A DNA stretch of 64,000 nucleotides from Spirochaetia bacterium (GCA_965263295.1 OZ253665.1:320001-384000); one strand, 5' to 3'. Counted from the stretch's first letter, positions 1 through 10,256 are shown. The notes: generated from the sequence alone by a model not told the origin. Numbers and translations are program-made.

Positions 1-57
1 GATACATCCATATATTGCAATGTTGTCGGCAATGTTGTCGATATTGCCAATAATTGT

Positions 58-585
58 ATGATGAAATTTATGGAAGTGGAGCCCCGTTTTATGGTCTTTG
101 ATTTGTACTTGTTGACCCACCTGTGGTTGTTGTGGATTGCTCTGTTAATTTTGTTTTTAGCTGCGGAAGGTATATCGCAGAATTTTATTACCATTTGGCT
201 GGCTTTGGGGGCTTTGGCCGGCTTGTTGGCGGAGCGGCTGTCATTGTCGTTTACTTGGCAGGTTGTATTTTTCGCCCTCAGCTCGCTGCTGTGCATAATA
301 TTTTTGCGACCGTTTTGTATGCGTGTGCTGCATAGTAAGACTCAGCCGACCAATATAGCGGCGCTGATCGGCCAGAAAGCCCAGGCCCTCTCGGATATTC
401 AGGGGAGTGAAATAGGGCAGGCGAAAGTGGGTAGCCAAATCTGGAGTGCGGTTATGGCTTCCGACGCCGAGCGATTGACGCCAGGCGAAAAAGCAGTTGT
501 CCGCGAAATCCGTGGGGTCAAGTTGGTTCTGGCAAAAGAACCGGACGCAGGAGAAATTGCGGGCAACAGCGAGCCGAGTTCCTGA
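58..585 (+). CDS. NfeD-family membrane protein (short NfeD, C-terminal OB-fold)
   Basis: Three N-terminal hydrophobic segments, then TN..LIG...G.AKVGSQIWSA...GEKAVVREIRGVKLV; lies directly upstream of an SPFH gene, the usual pairing. Start codon uncertain. Confidence 0.85.
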   Translation: MMKFMEVEPRFMVFDLYLLTHLWLLWIALLILFLAAEGISQNFITIWLALGALAGLLAERLSLSFTWQVVFFALSSLLCIIFLRPFCMRVLHSKTQPTNIAALIGQKAQALSDIQGSEIGQAKVGSQIWSAVMASDAERLTPGEKAVVREIRGVKLVLAKEPDAGEIAGNSEPSS

Positions 586-688
586 CTAGGCAAGTCAAAA
601 TATTTGTAGTAATATGATTTAGACTTAGGAATGCCAAAAACGCAGGCACATTTGTTGTACTGGTTGTTTTTTGTAAAAAGGAGTTTTT

Positions 689-1573
689 ATGAGCGTTATT
701 GCCATAATCCTGATTTTGATTGTGCTGGTTCTGGTATTTGCCAACCTGCGCATTGTCTCTCAGTCAAATTCGTATGTATTGGAACGCCTGGGATCTTATC
801 TGTGCAACTGGGAGCAAGGCCTACATTTTAAGATGCCCTTGATTGACCGCATTGTGGCCAAGGTATCGCTCAAGGAACATGTGGTCGATTTTGCCCCTCA
901 AGCTGTGATTACCAAGGACAATGTGACAATGCAGATCGATACGGTGATTTTTTATCAGATCACTGACCCGAAGCTGTTTGTCTACGGTGTTTCCAATCCG
1001 CGCACGGCTTTGGAAAACCTCTGTGCCACTACGCTGCGCAATATTATCGGTCAGCTGGAGCTTGACGACACGCTTAGCTCGCGCGATGTGATCAACACGC
1101 GAATGCGCACAATTTTGGATGAGGCCACCGATCCTTGGGGCATTAAAGTCAACCGTGTGGAAGTTAAGAACATTCTGCCACCTGAGGATATTCAGAATGC
1201 AATGGAAAAGCAGATGCGCGCGGAACGCGAACGCCGCGAACAAATCTTGCGGGCTGAAGGTCAGAAGACGGCGGCTATTTTGGAGGCGGAGGGTAAGAAC
1301 AAAGCTGTGATTCTGCAAGCTGAAGCCGACAAAACGGCAAAAATACGCCGTGCCGAGGGAGAAGCCGAGGCTTTGTTGCGCGTACAGGAGGCCACGGCTA
1401 AAGCTATCGGCTTGATTAAACAAGCCGCACCCGATCGCGGTTACCTAGCATTGAAGAGCCTGGAGGCCATAGGGACTCTGGCGGATGGCCAGGCGACCAA
1501 GATCGTGGTACCTGCGGACATGAAGGATCTCTCCGCCTGGGCGGTCTCGCTCAAGGAGCTGGGCCACAGCTAG
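689..1573 (+). CDS. SPFH/band-7 (stomatin-like, QmcA-type) protein
   Basis: N-terminal TM, VITKDNVTM.ID, TTLRNIIG, WGIKVNRVEVK and AMEKQMRAERERR motifs; RBS AAGGAG upstream. Confidence 0.95.
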   Translation: MSVIAIILILIVLVLVFANLRIVSQSNSYVLERLGSYLCNWEQGLHFKMPLIDRIVAKVSLKEHVVDFAPQAVITKDNVTMQIDTVIFYQITDPKLFVYGVSNPRTALENLCATTLRNIIGQLELDDTLSSRDVINTRMRTILDEATDPWGIKVNRVEVKNILPPEDIQNAMEKQMRAERERREQILRAEGQKTAAILEAEGKNKAVILQAEADKTAKIRRAEGEAEALLRVQEATAKAIGLIKQAAPDRGYLALKSLEAIGTLADGQATKIVVPADMKDLSAWAVSLKELGHS

Positions 1574-1582
1574 AATGATTAG

Positions 1583-1646
1583 ACCAACAAACTAATTAAA
1601 CGGCAGCGACAGCTCGCTGTCGCTGCCGTTTAATTAGTTTGTTGGT
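1583..1646. repeat. Perfect 31-bp inverted repeat with 2-nt spacer (64-bp hairpin/cruciform)
   Basis: accaacaaactaattaaacggcagcgacagc (1583-1613) + tc + exact reverse complement (1616-1646). Confidence 0.97.
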
Positions 1647-1685
1647 GACTGTGGTCAATCCAAGCATGGTGGCCAGAATACTTGC

Positions 1686-1714
1686 TTGTCGATTCATAAT
1701 CGACGTGCTATAAT
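1686..1714 (+). promoter_or_regulatory. Sigma70-type promoter of dapF-dapL, overlapped by a palindrome
   Basis: TTGTCG (1686-1691), 17 bp, TATAAT (1709-1714) with TGn extension; perfect palindrome gtcgatt-cat-aatcgac at 1688-1704. Confidence 0.7.
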
Positions 1715-1746
1715 TTCGAGGAAAAACTCACTGAGGAATTCTTTAT

Positions 1747-2706
1747 ATGCAAGCTGCGGATTATTTTCGTTATCACGGCTTGGGCAACGACTATCTGGTC
1801 ATGGACCCGGCCTTCACAGGGGTGCCGATTAACAAGGAAACTGTTCGGTTGATCTGTCACCGCAATTTGGGTGTCGGTTCAGATGGCATTTTGTACGGGC
1901 CACTGCCCAACCCCAAAAGTAGTGCGCCAGATGGGCCGCGATATTTCCAGATATGGAATCCGGACGGTTCTGAGGCTGAAAAGAGCGGTAATGGGATCCG
2001 CATATTTGCCCAGTATTTGCTTGATCAAGGCTATGAGCAGGGGCCGGGATTTTTGCTGGAAACTTTGGGGGGCCGGGTCCACGTTGAAGTCGTGGATGAT
2101 AAAAAGCACATTCTGAAGGTGCAGATGGGCTATGCGACCTTGCATGCCGAGGAAGTTCCCGTGGATGTGGAACAACTGAGTTCTCACAATACGAATGAGC
2201 GCGGTGAAGTGGTGGCCTTGACCTTGGAGGCCGGCAAGCGCGATTTTACGGTAACCTGTGTCAGTATAGGCAACCCGCATTGTGTGGTGATTGACGATGG
2301 AGGCCGGGAGGGTATCTCGGCCGAAGAAGCCCATATTTATGGGCCTTTGATTGAAAATCATGCGGCATTTCCCAATCGTACCAACGTGCAGTTTTTGAGA
2401 GTTCATGATAAGAATACGATACAGATTGAAATATGGGAGCGGGGTGCCGGCTATACTTTAGCCTCTGGTTCAAGTAGCTGTGCCGCGGCGACTGCCGCGT
2501 GGCGCAATGGGCTGGTTGAATCGCCGGTGCGGGTGCGAATGCCTGGCGGTGAATTTAGCATCTCCATTAAGCCGCTAGCTGAAGCAGAAAGTTGCCCGGA
2601 AATTGAGTGGCAATACGCTTGTGCCCGCCTGGAATTGACCGGGCCGGTCTCCGCCATCTGCGGCGGCATGTTCTTGCCGGATTTTAAACAGCAGTTAAAA
2701 CAGTAA
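1747..2706 (+). CDS. dapF: Diaminopimelate epimerase family protein, Ser/Ser active-site variant
   Basis: HGLGNDY, GVGSDG, NPDGSEAE, VSIGNPHCV, RTNVQF and WERGAG motifs; catalytic positions read EKSGNG and TLASGSS. Confidence 0.88.
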   Translation: MQAADYFRYHGLGNDYLVMDPAFTGVPINKETVRLICHRNLGVGSDGILYGPLPNPKSSAPDGPRYFQIWNPDGSEAEKSGNGIRIFAQYLLDQGYEQGPGFLLETLGGRVHVEVVDDKKHILKVQMGYATLHAEEVPVDVEQLSSHNTNERGEVVALTLEAGKRDFTVTCVSIGNPHCVVIDDGGREGISAEEAHIYGPLIENHAAFPNRTNVQFLRVHDKNTIQIEIWERGAGYTLASGSSSCAAATAAWRNGLVESPVRVRMPGGEFSISIKPLAEAESCPEIEWQYACARLELTGPVSAICGGMFLPDFKQQLKQ

Positions 2707-2740
2707 GTTACAATTCATTGATTCACTCTCAGGAGATGCT

Positions 2741-3922
2741 ATGGAAGTAATGTATTCCGAGCGCATTAGCGATACAAAGCCGTATCCTTTTGCCGAAATT
2801 GATAAAAAAGTAAGCGATTTGCGCGCCTCTGGGCAGCGAGTGATTGACTTTGGGGTCGGAGACCCCGCCAGTCCAACGCCGGATTTTGTGATTGATGCCT
2901 TGCTCGCAGCCGGTAGGAAGCATGCCTGCACAGGGTATCCGAGTTATATCGGTTCGCCGGGTTTTCGTGAAGCTGCGGCCAAGTATATGAAGGCTACTTT
3001 TGGCCTGAATCTCAATCCCGACACACAGCTCAGCTCGACTATTGGTTCGAAGGAAGCGGTGTTTAACTTCCCTTTGGGCTTTGTCAATCCAGGCGATGTC
3101 GTGATCTGCCCGACGCCGGGTTACCCGGTATATGAGACGGGTACAAGGTTTGCTGGCGCCAGGCCGTATATGGTTCCCCTGTTGCCAGAAAACAACTTTC
3201 TGATTGATTTAAAAGCGATTCCTGTAAAGATTGCGCAAAAGGCCAAAATTATCTGGACAAATTATCCCAACAGCCCTACGGGCGTCACTGCCCCCAAAGA
3301 GTGGCTGGAGGAACTCCTGGCCTGGAGCCGAAAGTACAATGTCATTATTGCCGCCGATGAGGGCTGTTACATTGATATTTATTTTGGCGAGCGGCCGTTG
3401 TCGATTTTAGAATTGGCTGGCGATGCTTACGATGGAGTGATTACTTTTTACTCGCTATCCAAACGCAATAATATGACGGGCTATCGCGCGGGCTTTGTAG
3501 CTGGCGATCAACGTATTATTGATGGCTTTAAAAAGGTTAAGACGAATATTGATTCAGGTACGCCTAATATTCTGCAAGATGTTTCTGCGCTGGCCTTGCT
3601 GGATATGGAGCATATTCGGCAGGTGCGCGAGGAATACCGCGAAAAACGCAAACTTATGATGGCTGCCTTTGAGTTTGCGGGCTTACCTAAAACCCCAGGT
3701 GATGCGACATTCTACTTGTGGCAACAAGGCCGGGCGGAGATGTCTGGCCTGGACTTTGCCGCTAGGTTGCTTGATCTGGGCATTGTCGTGACGGCCGGTG
3801 CAACAATCAGTCAAACTGTAGACGGTAAAAATCCGGGAGAGGATTTTGTGCGCTTTGCTCTCGTTCCTTCTATTGAAGATGTCAAATATGCCGCAGAACT
3901 TATTGAAGAAGGCTTTCATTAG
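2741..3922 (+). CDS. dapL: PLP-dependent class I/II aminotransferase, probably LL-diaminopimelate aminotransferase
   Basis: PYPFAEID, IDFGVGDP, IGSKEA, NYPNSPTG and SLSKRNNMTGYRAGF (PLP Lys); immediately downstream of dapF. Confidence 0.78.
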   Translation: MEVMYSERISDTKPYPFAEIDKKVSDLRASGQRVIDFGVGDPASPTPDFVIDALLAAGRKHACTGYPSYIGSPGFREAAAKYMKATFGLNLNPDTQLSSTIGSKEAVFNFPLGFVNPGDVVICPTPGYPVYETGTRFAGARPYMVPLLPENNFLIDLKAIPVKIAQKAKIIWTNYPNSPTGVTAPKEWLEELLAWSRKYNVIIAADEGCYIDIYFGERPLSILELAGDAYDGVITFYSLSKRNNMTGYRAGFVAGDQRIIDGFKKVKTNIDSGTPNILQDVSALALLDMEHIRQVREEYREKRKLMMAAFEFAGLPKTPGDATFYLWQQGRAEMSGLDFAARLLDLGIVVTAGATISQTVDGKNPGEDFVRFALVPSIEDVKYAAELIEEGFH

Positions 3923-4015
3923 GTTGATTTATTGGTTTTAAAAAAAACTGGGAATATTGCAAACGATAGCTAGAAACGTGTAGCAGTTGCAAGATGCTGT
4001 AGGCAGGTACCGAAG

Positions 4016-4519
4016 ATGAAGAACACCAACGCACAAGATAAAAAACGACAACGGGAGCTTAATCTGGGTGTCGTTACGTGTTATCTGGTGGCTAGTGCGG
4101 CTCGTCTCTGTGGAATTTTTTGGCGGCGACAAGCTGTTGCGAGTGAGAAGGTTGAGCTATCTGGCTCTTCTGTAGTTTTGGATGAGACGGAACGACAATT
4201 AAGAGAATATTTTGAGGGTGAACGACAAGGCTTCGACATCCCTATAAATCTGGCCGAGCTTGAAGGAACGGAGTTCCAACGGCAAGTCTGGTCTCAGTTG
4301 CAGACGATACCTTATGGAGAAACCTGTTCTTACAAGGAGCTGGCAACTTCGTTGGGCAAGCCCAAAGCTTGGCGGGCAATCGGGACGGCCAACGGGCGAA
4401 ACCCGCTCAGCATAGTGATCCCTTGTCATCGTGTCATTGCTGCTGACGGGAGCCTGGGGGGCTATGCGGGCACTTTGTCTGTAAAAAGAATGCTGTTGGA
4501 ATTAGAACAAGCTGAGTAA
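4016..4519 (+). CDS. ogt: Methylated-DNA--protein-cysteine S-methyltransferase
   Basis: [27 protein letters not shown] and IPCHRVI (active Cys). Confidence 0.92.
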   Translation: MKNTNAQDKKRQRELNLGVVTCYLVASAARLCGIFWRRQAVASEKVELSGSSVVLDETERQLREYFEGERQGFDIPINLAELEGTEFQRQVWSQLQTIPYGETCSYKELATSLGKPKAWRAIGTANGRNPLSIVIPCHRVIAADGSLGGYAGTLSVKRMLLELEQAE

Positions 4520-4540
4520 AAAACTTAATATGCTGTTAAA

Positions 4541-4580
4541 TAATAAAAGATGGGAGAAATTTTCTTCCCATCTTTTATTA
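4541..4580. terminator. Bidirectional intrinsic terminator between convergent ogt and eno
   Basis: taataaaagatggga ... tcccatcttttatta, 15-bp inverted repeat with A/T-rich ends. Confidence 0.85.
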
Positions 4581-4607
4581 CGGCTTTATATGTGCCTGCT
4601 ATAGTCT

Positions 4608-5915
<1,308 letters not shown>

Positions 5916-5979
5916 TCACTCCTTTTCATCAGCGGGTTTACCGCTTGGCTTTTGCGTAACTGGAATGTTATGAGTTTGA

Positions 5980-6007
5980 AGTATAAGCGTTTCAGGCTTT
6001 AGGTCAA
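5980..6007 (-). promoter_or_regulatory. Sigma70-type promoter of eno
   Basis: Minus strand reads TTGACC (6007-6002), 16 bp, TATACT (5985-5980). Confidence 0.6.
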
Positions 6008-6137
6008 GGGAAATGGCGTGTGTAATGACTAGCAATAAACACTTTATAATTTGATTGCCATTTTAATAGATATCTGAAACTATGGGTTTATTTTCTGTGC
6101 AAAATATTCTAAAGAATTTTTGCCGGGGTTGCCGGCT

Positions 6138-7349
6138 TTAATTCTTAGATAACTTGCTATTCTTAATTCGTACATTTTCCAATCCATAAATAAATAATCC
6201 TAAGCTATTTTTGGTTCTTCGTTGCAACTTGTCAAATTTTACATGGATGTGACACAAACCATCATGGGTTTGATCAATAAAACTGGTGATGCGGGTAATG
6301 TGTCCGACCATCTGATGGAATGGCTCCTCATCTTTATTGTTATATGTTCCAGAACGAAGGGCGAGAGGATTGTTACAGCGCACCAGAACTTTTTGCCCGC
6401 GTTCAAAGAAAGCTTCATACTTAGAGTTCGAAACAATGCTGCAGCCCCCGAGCGAAATGTCCATGATCAGGACATTAATTTGTTGTGGAATAGTTTTGCT
6501 TTCGACAGGTCGAGGGGGTGAAAGCAATTTAATTTTTCCCGGTTGAGTAAATTGTACGCGTTTGTGTCTGCGCGTAATATTATTGGGAGCTTCTTTACGC
6601 CAGCTGTGGGATAAAAAGTATTCTTTGCGCCCAGATTGGGGATAACTACGAATTTTTTTCAGTTTAACATTGTAAGTAGCGTAACCATTGCCGTTATTAC
6701 CCATCAGCCACAACGTCAGCTGATGCCCGGCCTTTTGTAGATATTCATCGTTGTTTTTATCCGAGAATTTATAGTTGAGGACTAGTGCCCGGGGAGTAGC
6801 GCGGTTTACCGACATCTGAATCCGGAAATGATTATTAAGATCAGATAGGAAGACTATGGCAGTAGGTTGTATTAAATAAGTACTCAGTGCAGCTGAAACA
6901 GATTGAAAGTGTTCTTCCAGTATGTCAATGGCATCAATTAAATAAACAATCTTCTCCTGGAATTTCACAGGGTCACCTTTTTTCCAAAGCTTTTCCTGTT
7001 GATAAATGCCTTTGAAAATCTGCAACATATTGGTATAATTAAAAAAAATTAGCATAGGATTATGGTTAGTATGAGACCGTACATGTTGGAATAGATATTG
7101 AGTTATATCGCGTGGCAAGCCGGAGCGGGAGGCAAAGGTAAAAAAATTATCTTTATTGAAAGGAGGAACTTCCTTGACCCCCTTCAGTTTTTTACGCAAT
7201 TGTCCCAGGATAATCGGAACAATAGTGAATAGCGAACCGATTATTAGGATTAATATGATCAGCCCTGGAAAATTTTGATTTGTGTCGCTGTTAATGAATG
7301 GCTCAAGTTGAAAGTTGGATGTCTGTAAGAATAAAATATCGTATTGCAA
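6138..7349 (-). CDS. Membrane-anchored PilZ-domain protein (c-di-GMP receptor)
   Basis: One N-terminal TM helix; RxxxR (RRHKR) and DxSxxG (DISLGG) motifs in the C-terminal domain; TTG start; visibly AT-richer than neighbours. Confidence 0.8.
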   Translation of the reverse strand: MQYDILFLQTSNFQLEPFINSDTNQNFPGLIILILIIGSLFTIVPIILGQLRKKLKGVKEVPPFNKDNFFTFASRSGLPRDITQYLFQHVRSHTNHNPMLIFFNYTNMLQIFKGIYQQEKLWKKGDPVKFQEKIVYLIDAIDILEEHFQSVSAALSTYLIQPTAIVFLSDLNNHFRIQMSVNRATPRALVLNYKFSDKNNDEYLQKAGHQLTLWLMGNNGNGYATYNVKLKKIRSYPQSGRKEYFLSHSWRKEAPNNITRRHKRVQFTQPGKIKLLSPPRPVESKTIPQQINVLIMDISLGGCSIVSNSKYEAFFERGQKVLVRCNNPLALRSGTYNNKDEEPFHQMVGHITRITSFIDQTHDGLCHIHVKFDKLQRRTKNSLGLFIYGLENVRIKNSKLSKN

Positions 7350-7547
7350 AATAGTCTTCCCTCATCTGTCATTAATAAATTTCGATGTCAACATCAAATG
7401 AAAACAAATAACATCATTTATATTCAATCAGCTCAAGAACATAGCTTATGTTAATTAAATTAAGTGATTTGAACACATATTTTTACTTTATTTCTATAAA
7501 TTTGTTAAGGTCTTCTAAAATTTCAATGAATGAAGAATGCGCTCATT

Positions 7548-9302
7548 TTATTGCGAGTTATCGGCAGGACGATGACTGCGGCTGAAGTCGTGATACATTT
7601 CTAGTTGTTTCTGAGTCAAGAAATCTTCTGGTCTATATAAAAGCGCCAGGTTTTTAGCGCTGTGGCGTAGAGATTCAATTTCATCGAGAATATTTTGGGG
7701 GTGTTTCAGGTTTTGCAAGCGAAAGAGCTGGGCTCCCACGGTCAGGGAAATGGTTCCAAAGCCCAGGATATTTAGATACTCCAACCGAATATCCTGTATT
7801 TCTCGAATTGGAATGCGGCGATTACCTCGATAGCCGAGAAATTTGTCTGAGCAGAACAAGAATTCTTCGTTGATCCTCCAGCTGTAGCGTGACCAGCGCA
7901 TTACCTGGAAGATGAGCAACAGGCCTAAGGCAATCAGGGGAATGGTCAGGTAGATTTTATATAATTCCGATTTCTGGCTATATAACAGGCCGACCAGGGC
8001 CAGTAGGGCAATTGGCCCCGTCTGTAGTAGCAGTGCCCGCAGGCTTCGCTGTAGGCGACCTTCTAATTTGTCATTGCGGTAATCAATTTCTTTGATCAGT
8101 TCAGGCTGTAACTTATGCCATTTTTGAAATTGTTTCAGCTGGGCACTGTTTTGTAAGTGTTCTTGCAATTCGCGAGCCTCTTTAAGGCTAGTTTGAAGAA
8201 CGGTTAACCATTTTTTTACACGATCTATGGGAAAAATCTGCACGACTTCGCCGTTGTACGTATGTAGTCGCAATCCTCCAAACTGGAAAAAACGGGTCAT
8301 GACGGGGATTTTTAATAATTCGACTTGGCTAATGCTGAGTAGTGGATAACTTTTGATCTTACTGCTGAGACCCAATAGGTCTCGCTCCGTGATATGCAAT
8401 AAGCTGCGTTTCAGTGTGTATTCGCAGCGGGAGCGCTGCATCACGACAAAGCCCAGGGTCAGCAAGGAAAACAGAGCCAGAATAACGTTGAAAAAAGGTA
8501 TCGCTTCCCAGTGCAGTTGGGAAAATTGCCAGATATTCATCACTCCCAGGACAAAGGATGCGACGATGCTGTTAAGCCAGCTATTGTGGCTGCGCAGCAA
8601 GGATCTGCGTTGTAGCCATTGTTTGCCAAAGTTGCGAGTATGCGGCGGTGGTACTTCGCTCATCTGTTGCCAGACGGGCATGGGAAGCCCTGAAACTAGG
8701 TAACCTTCGACATTGTAAAGCGGACGGAGGGCGCGGTGGATCTTGGGTTGTTGCTGGGCTAGCTTGGCTAGGTGAAAGGCCGTCATGCACAGGACTTGGG
8801 TATCATCTTCAAGTGAGATAATTTCATTTTGGGCAATCAATTCTTCGGTCAGGGCATGGACGTTGATTAGGTCTCCGGGGTAAAAATAACGCAGCAAAGC
8901 TTTGTTTTTTTGCGAGAATTCAGCATCTTCATTGGCGGGTATTTCTGCCGTTGCCGGTGGCTGCAGCTCATCGGAGTTGGAATGTGAAATCCCGCTTTTT
9001 TTTGCTTCTGTCTCTTCACTTGTATCCTCTGTGCTAGGATTTGAGGCTGAGTCTTGCTCGCAGGCTTCTCGATAATGACATTTTTGTGTTTTATCTTGGA
9101 AACGGGCTTGTTTCTCACTGTACTCAGCCAGGCGACCGCGCACAACAATCCACAGAACTTCCTGCAGTTCATTGGGCAGAACCAGGTAGGAATTTTTGGG
9201 ACAGCGGTAGAGTTCTATATAGTGGGCCAGTATGCGGCGCTCATGTTCAAACAGGGCGCAGAAAAAGGGATGTTCGGCCAAAAAGCGGTCGATTAGTGTC
9301 AT
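7548..9302 (-). CDS. Membrane protein with degenerate cNMP-binding domain and two TM-pair/bacterial PH modules
   Basis: FLAEHPFFCAL...LWIVVRGRL...YFYPGDLI (cNMP fold); two units of 2 TM followed by bPH_2-like sequence (YPLLSISQV...FGGLRLHT; IPIREIQDI...LGFGTISL). Confidence 0.65.
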   Translation of the reverse strand: MTLIDRFLAEHPFFCALFEHERRILAHYIELYRCPKNSYLVLPNELQEVLWIVVRGRLAEYSEKQARFQDKTQKCHYREACEQDSASNPSTEDTSEETEAKKSGISHSNSDELQPPATAEIPANEDAEFSQKNKALLRYFYPGDLINVHALTEELIAQNEIISLEDDTQVLCMTAFHLAKLAQQQPKIHRALRPLYNVEGYLVSGLPMPVWQQMSEVPPPHTRNFGKQWLQRRSLLRSHNSWLNSIVASFVLGVMNIWQFSQLHWEAIPFFNVILALFSLLTLGFVVMQRSRCEYTLKRSLLHITERDLLGLSSKIKSYPLLSISQVELLKIPVMTRFFQFGGLRLHTYNGEVVQIFPIDRVKKWLTVLQTSLKEARELQEHLQNSAQLKQFQKWHKLQPELIKEIDYRNDKLEGRLQRSLRALLLQTGPIALLALVGLLYSQKSELYKIYLTIPLIALGLLLIFQVMRWSRYSWRINEEFLFCSDKFLGYRGNRRIPIREIQDIRLEYLNILGFGTISLTVGAQLFRLQNLKHPQNILDEIESLRHSAKNLALLYRPEDFLTQKQLEMYHDFSRSHRPADNSQ

Positions 9303-9311
9303 CTGGCAACA

Positions 9312-10133
9312 TTATTCCCTTGCAGTGTTTGTGTTTGTGCGAACAGCGCGCACAGTTAGCACTTTCTTGCGCGGCGGTGCGCCGGAACTCAAATTCGGAC
9401 GAGGTCCTCTGGATCCATTTCTGAGTTTTGCTTGAGATTTTTCTTGAGTCCTTTCTTTGACGAGCTCCTTATGTGCCTTACTGGGTTGCTCTTGTTCAAT
9501 TTCCAGCCATTTTTCGATGCTTTGAATTAGAGTCTGGCTAAATTGACCGGCTATATTTTGTGGTATTTGTAATTGCTCTTGCAGGGGCTTGCCGTAGTGA
9601 TGGCTATCTTCACGTATGATTAGTAGTCTGTTATGACGTTTGCACTGAGTTTGAAAGCTAAATTGGCGCTGCAGACTTTCTGCTTGCCCGCGATAGTCCT
9701 GACCTTCGCCTAGAGCTTCCAATGCGGCCAGGCATTCGCGGGCAAAGCCTTGACGCTGTTCGCTGAAGATCAGAATGGAATGTCGTTTGAACAACGTTTC
9801 TTCGTTTGAGGTGTATGAAATATTGCCGCCCGGTCTTACGTGTACTTTATTTTGATTGCGGCTTTCAACGATATTCAAATATATGTCACCTTCGCGGTTT
9901 TGTTTTAGGTTGAAAAAAAAGCTGGACTTGGTATCGCATTTTAGGCGTCGGGAGTACAGTTCGCCACGGTAGTTGCCCCCTGCGTCATATTCATCATTTG
10001 TATACTGCTGAAACTTTTTTCCACGATCTCGCTCGCTTGCATTGCGCCTTGGCGCATGGTGGCCCTTTGAAGTAAAGTCCCTTGGAGTACAATCCCTTGG
10101 TGGATGCGAGAAATGATTATGCCTGTCTTTCAT
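9312..10133 (-). CDS. PUR-alpha-like (DUF3276/BpuR-like) nucleic-acid-binding protein, probably two PUR repeats
   Basis: ELYSRRL..FFFNLKQNREGDIYLNIVES..RHSILIF..F...L..AL matches the PUR repeat pattern; a second similar unit lies at residues ~146-210. Confidence 0.72.
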   Translation of the reverse strand: MKDRHNHFSHPPRDCTPRDFTSKGHHAPRRNASERDRGKKFQQYTNDEYDAGGNYRGELYSRRLKCDTKSSFFFNLKQNREGDIYLNIVESRNQNKVHVRPGGNISYTSNEETLFKRHSILIFSEQRQGFARECLAALEALGEGQDYRGQAESLQRQFSFQTQCKRHNRLLIIREDSHHYGKPLQEQLQIPQNIAGQFSQTLIQSIEKWLEIEQEQPSKAHKELVKERTQEKSQAKLRNGSRGPRPNLSSGAPPRKKVLTVRAVRTNTNTARE

Positions 10134-10224
10134 GTGCCATTTATCCTGTCTTTGCTGTAATTACGATTCGTAAGACGTCTGCATATCTGTTTAAAGTGGA
10201 TAGAAACTCCTGTGCTAAGCCATT

Positions 10225-10256
10225 GCTATGGTTTTAGCTATGGTTTTAGCTATGGT
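10225..10256. repeat. 12-bp tandem repeat (gctatggtttta) x2.7, intergenic
   Basis: Read directly from sequence. Confidence 0.9.

Noticed and set aside
1583..1646. Palindrome as a Borrelia-type replicated hairpin-telomere junction
   Set aside because: It lacks TAGTA/TATAAT telomere boxes, has a non-palindromic 2-nt centre, and the flanks are unique genes rather than mirror images.
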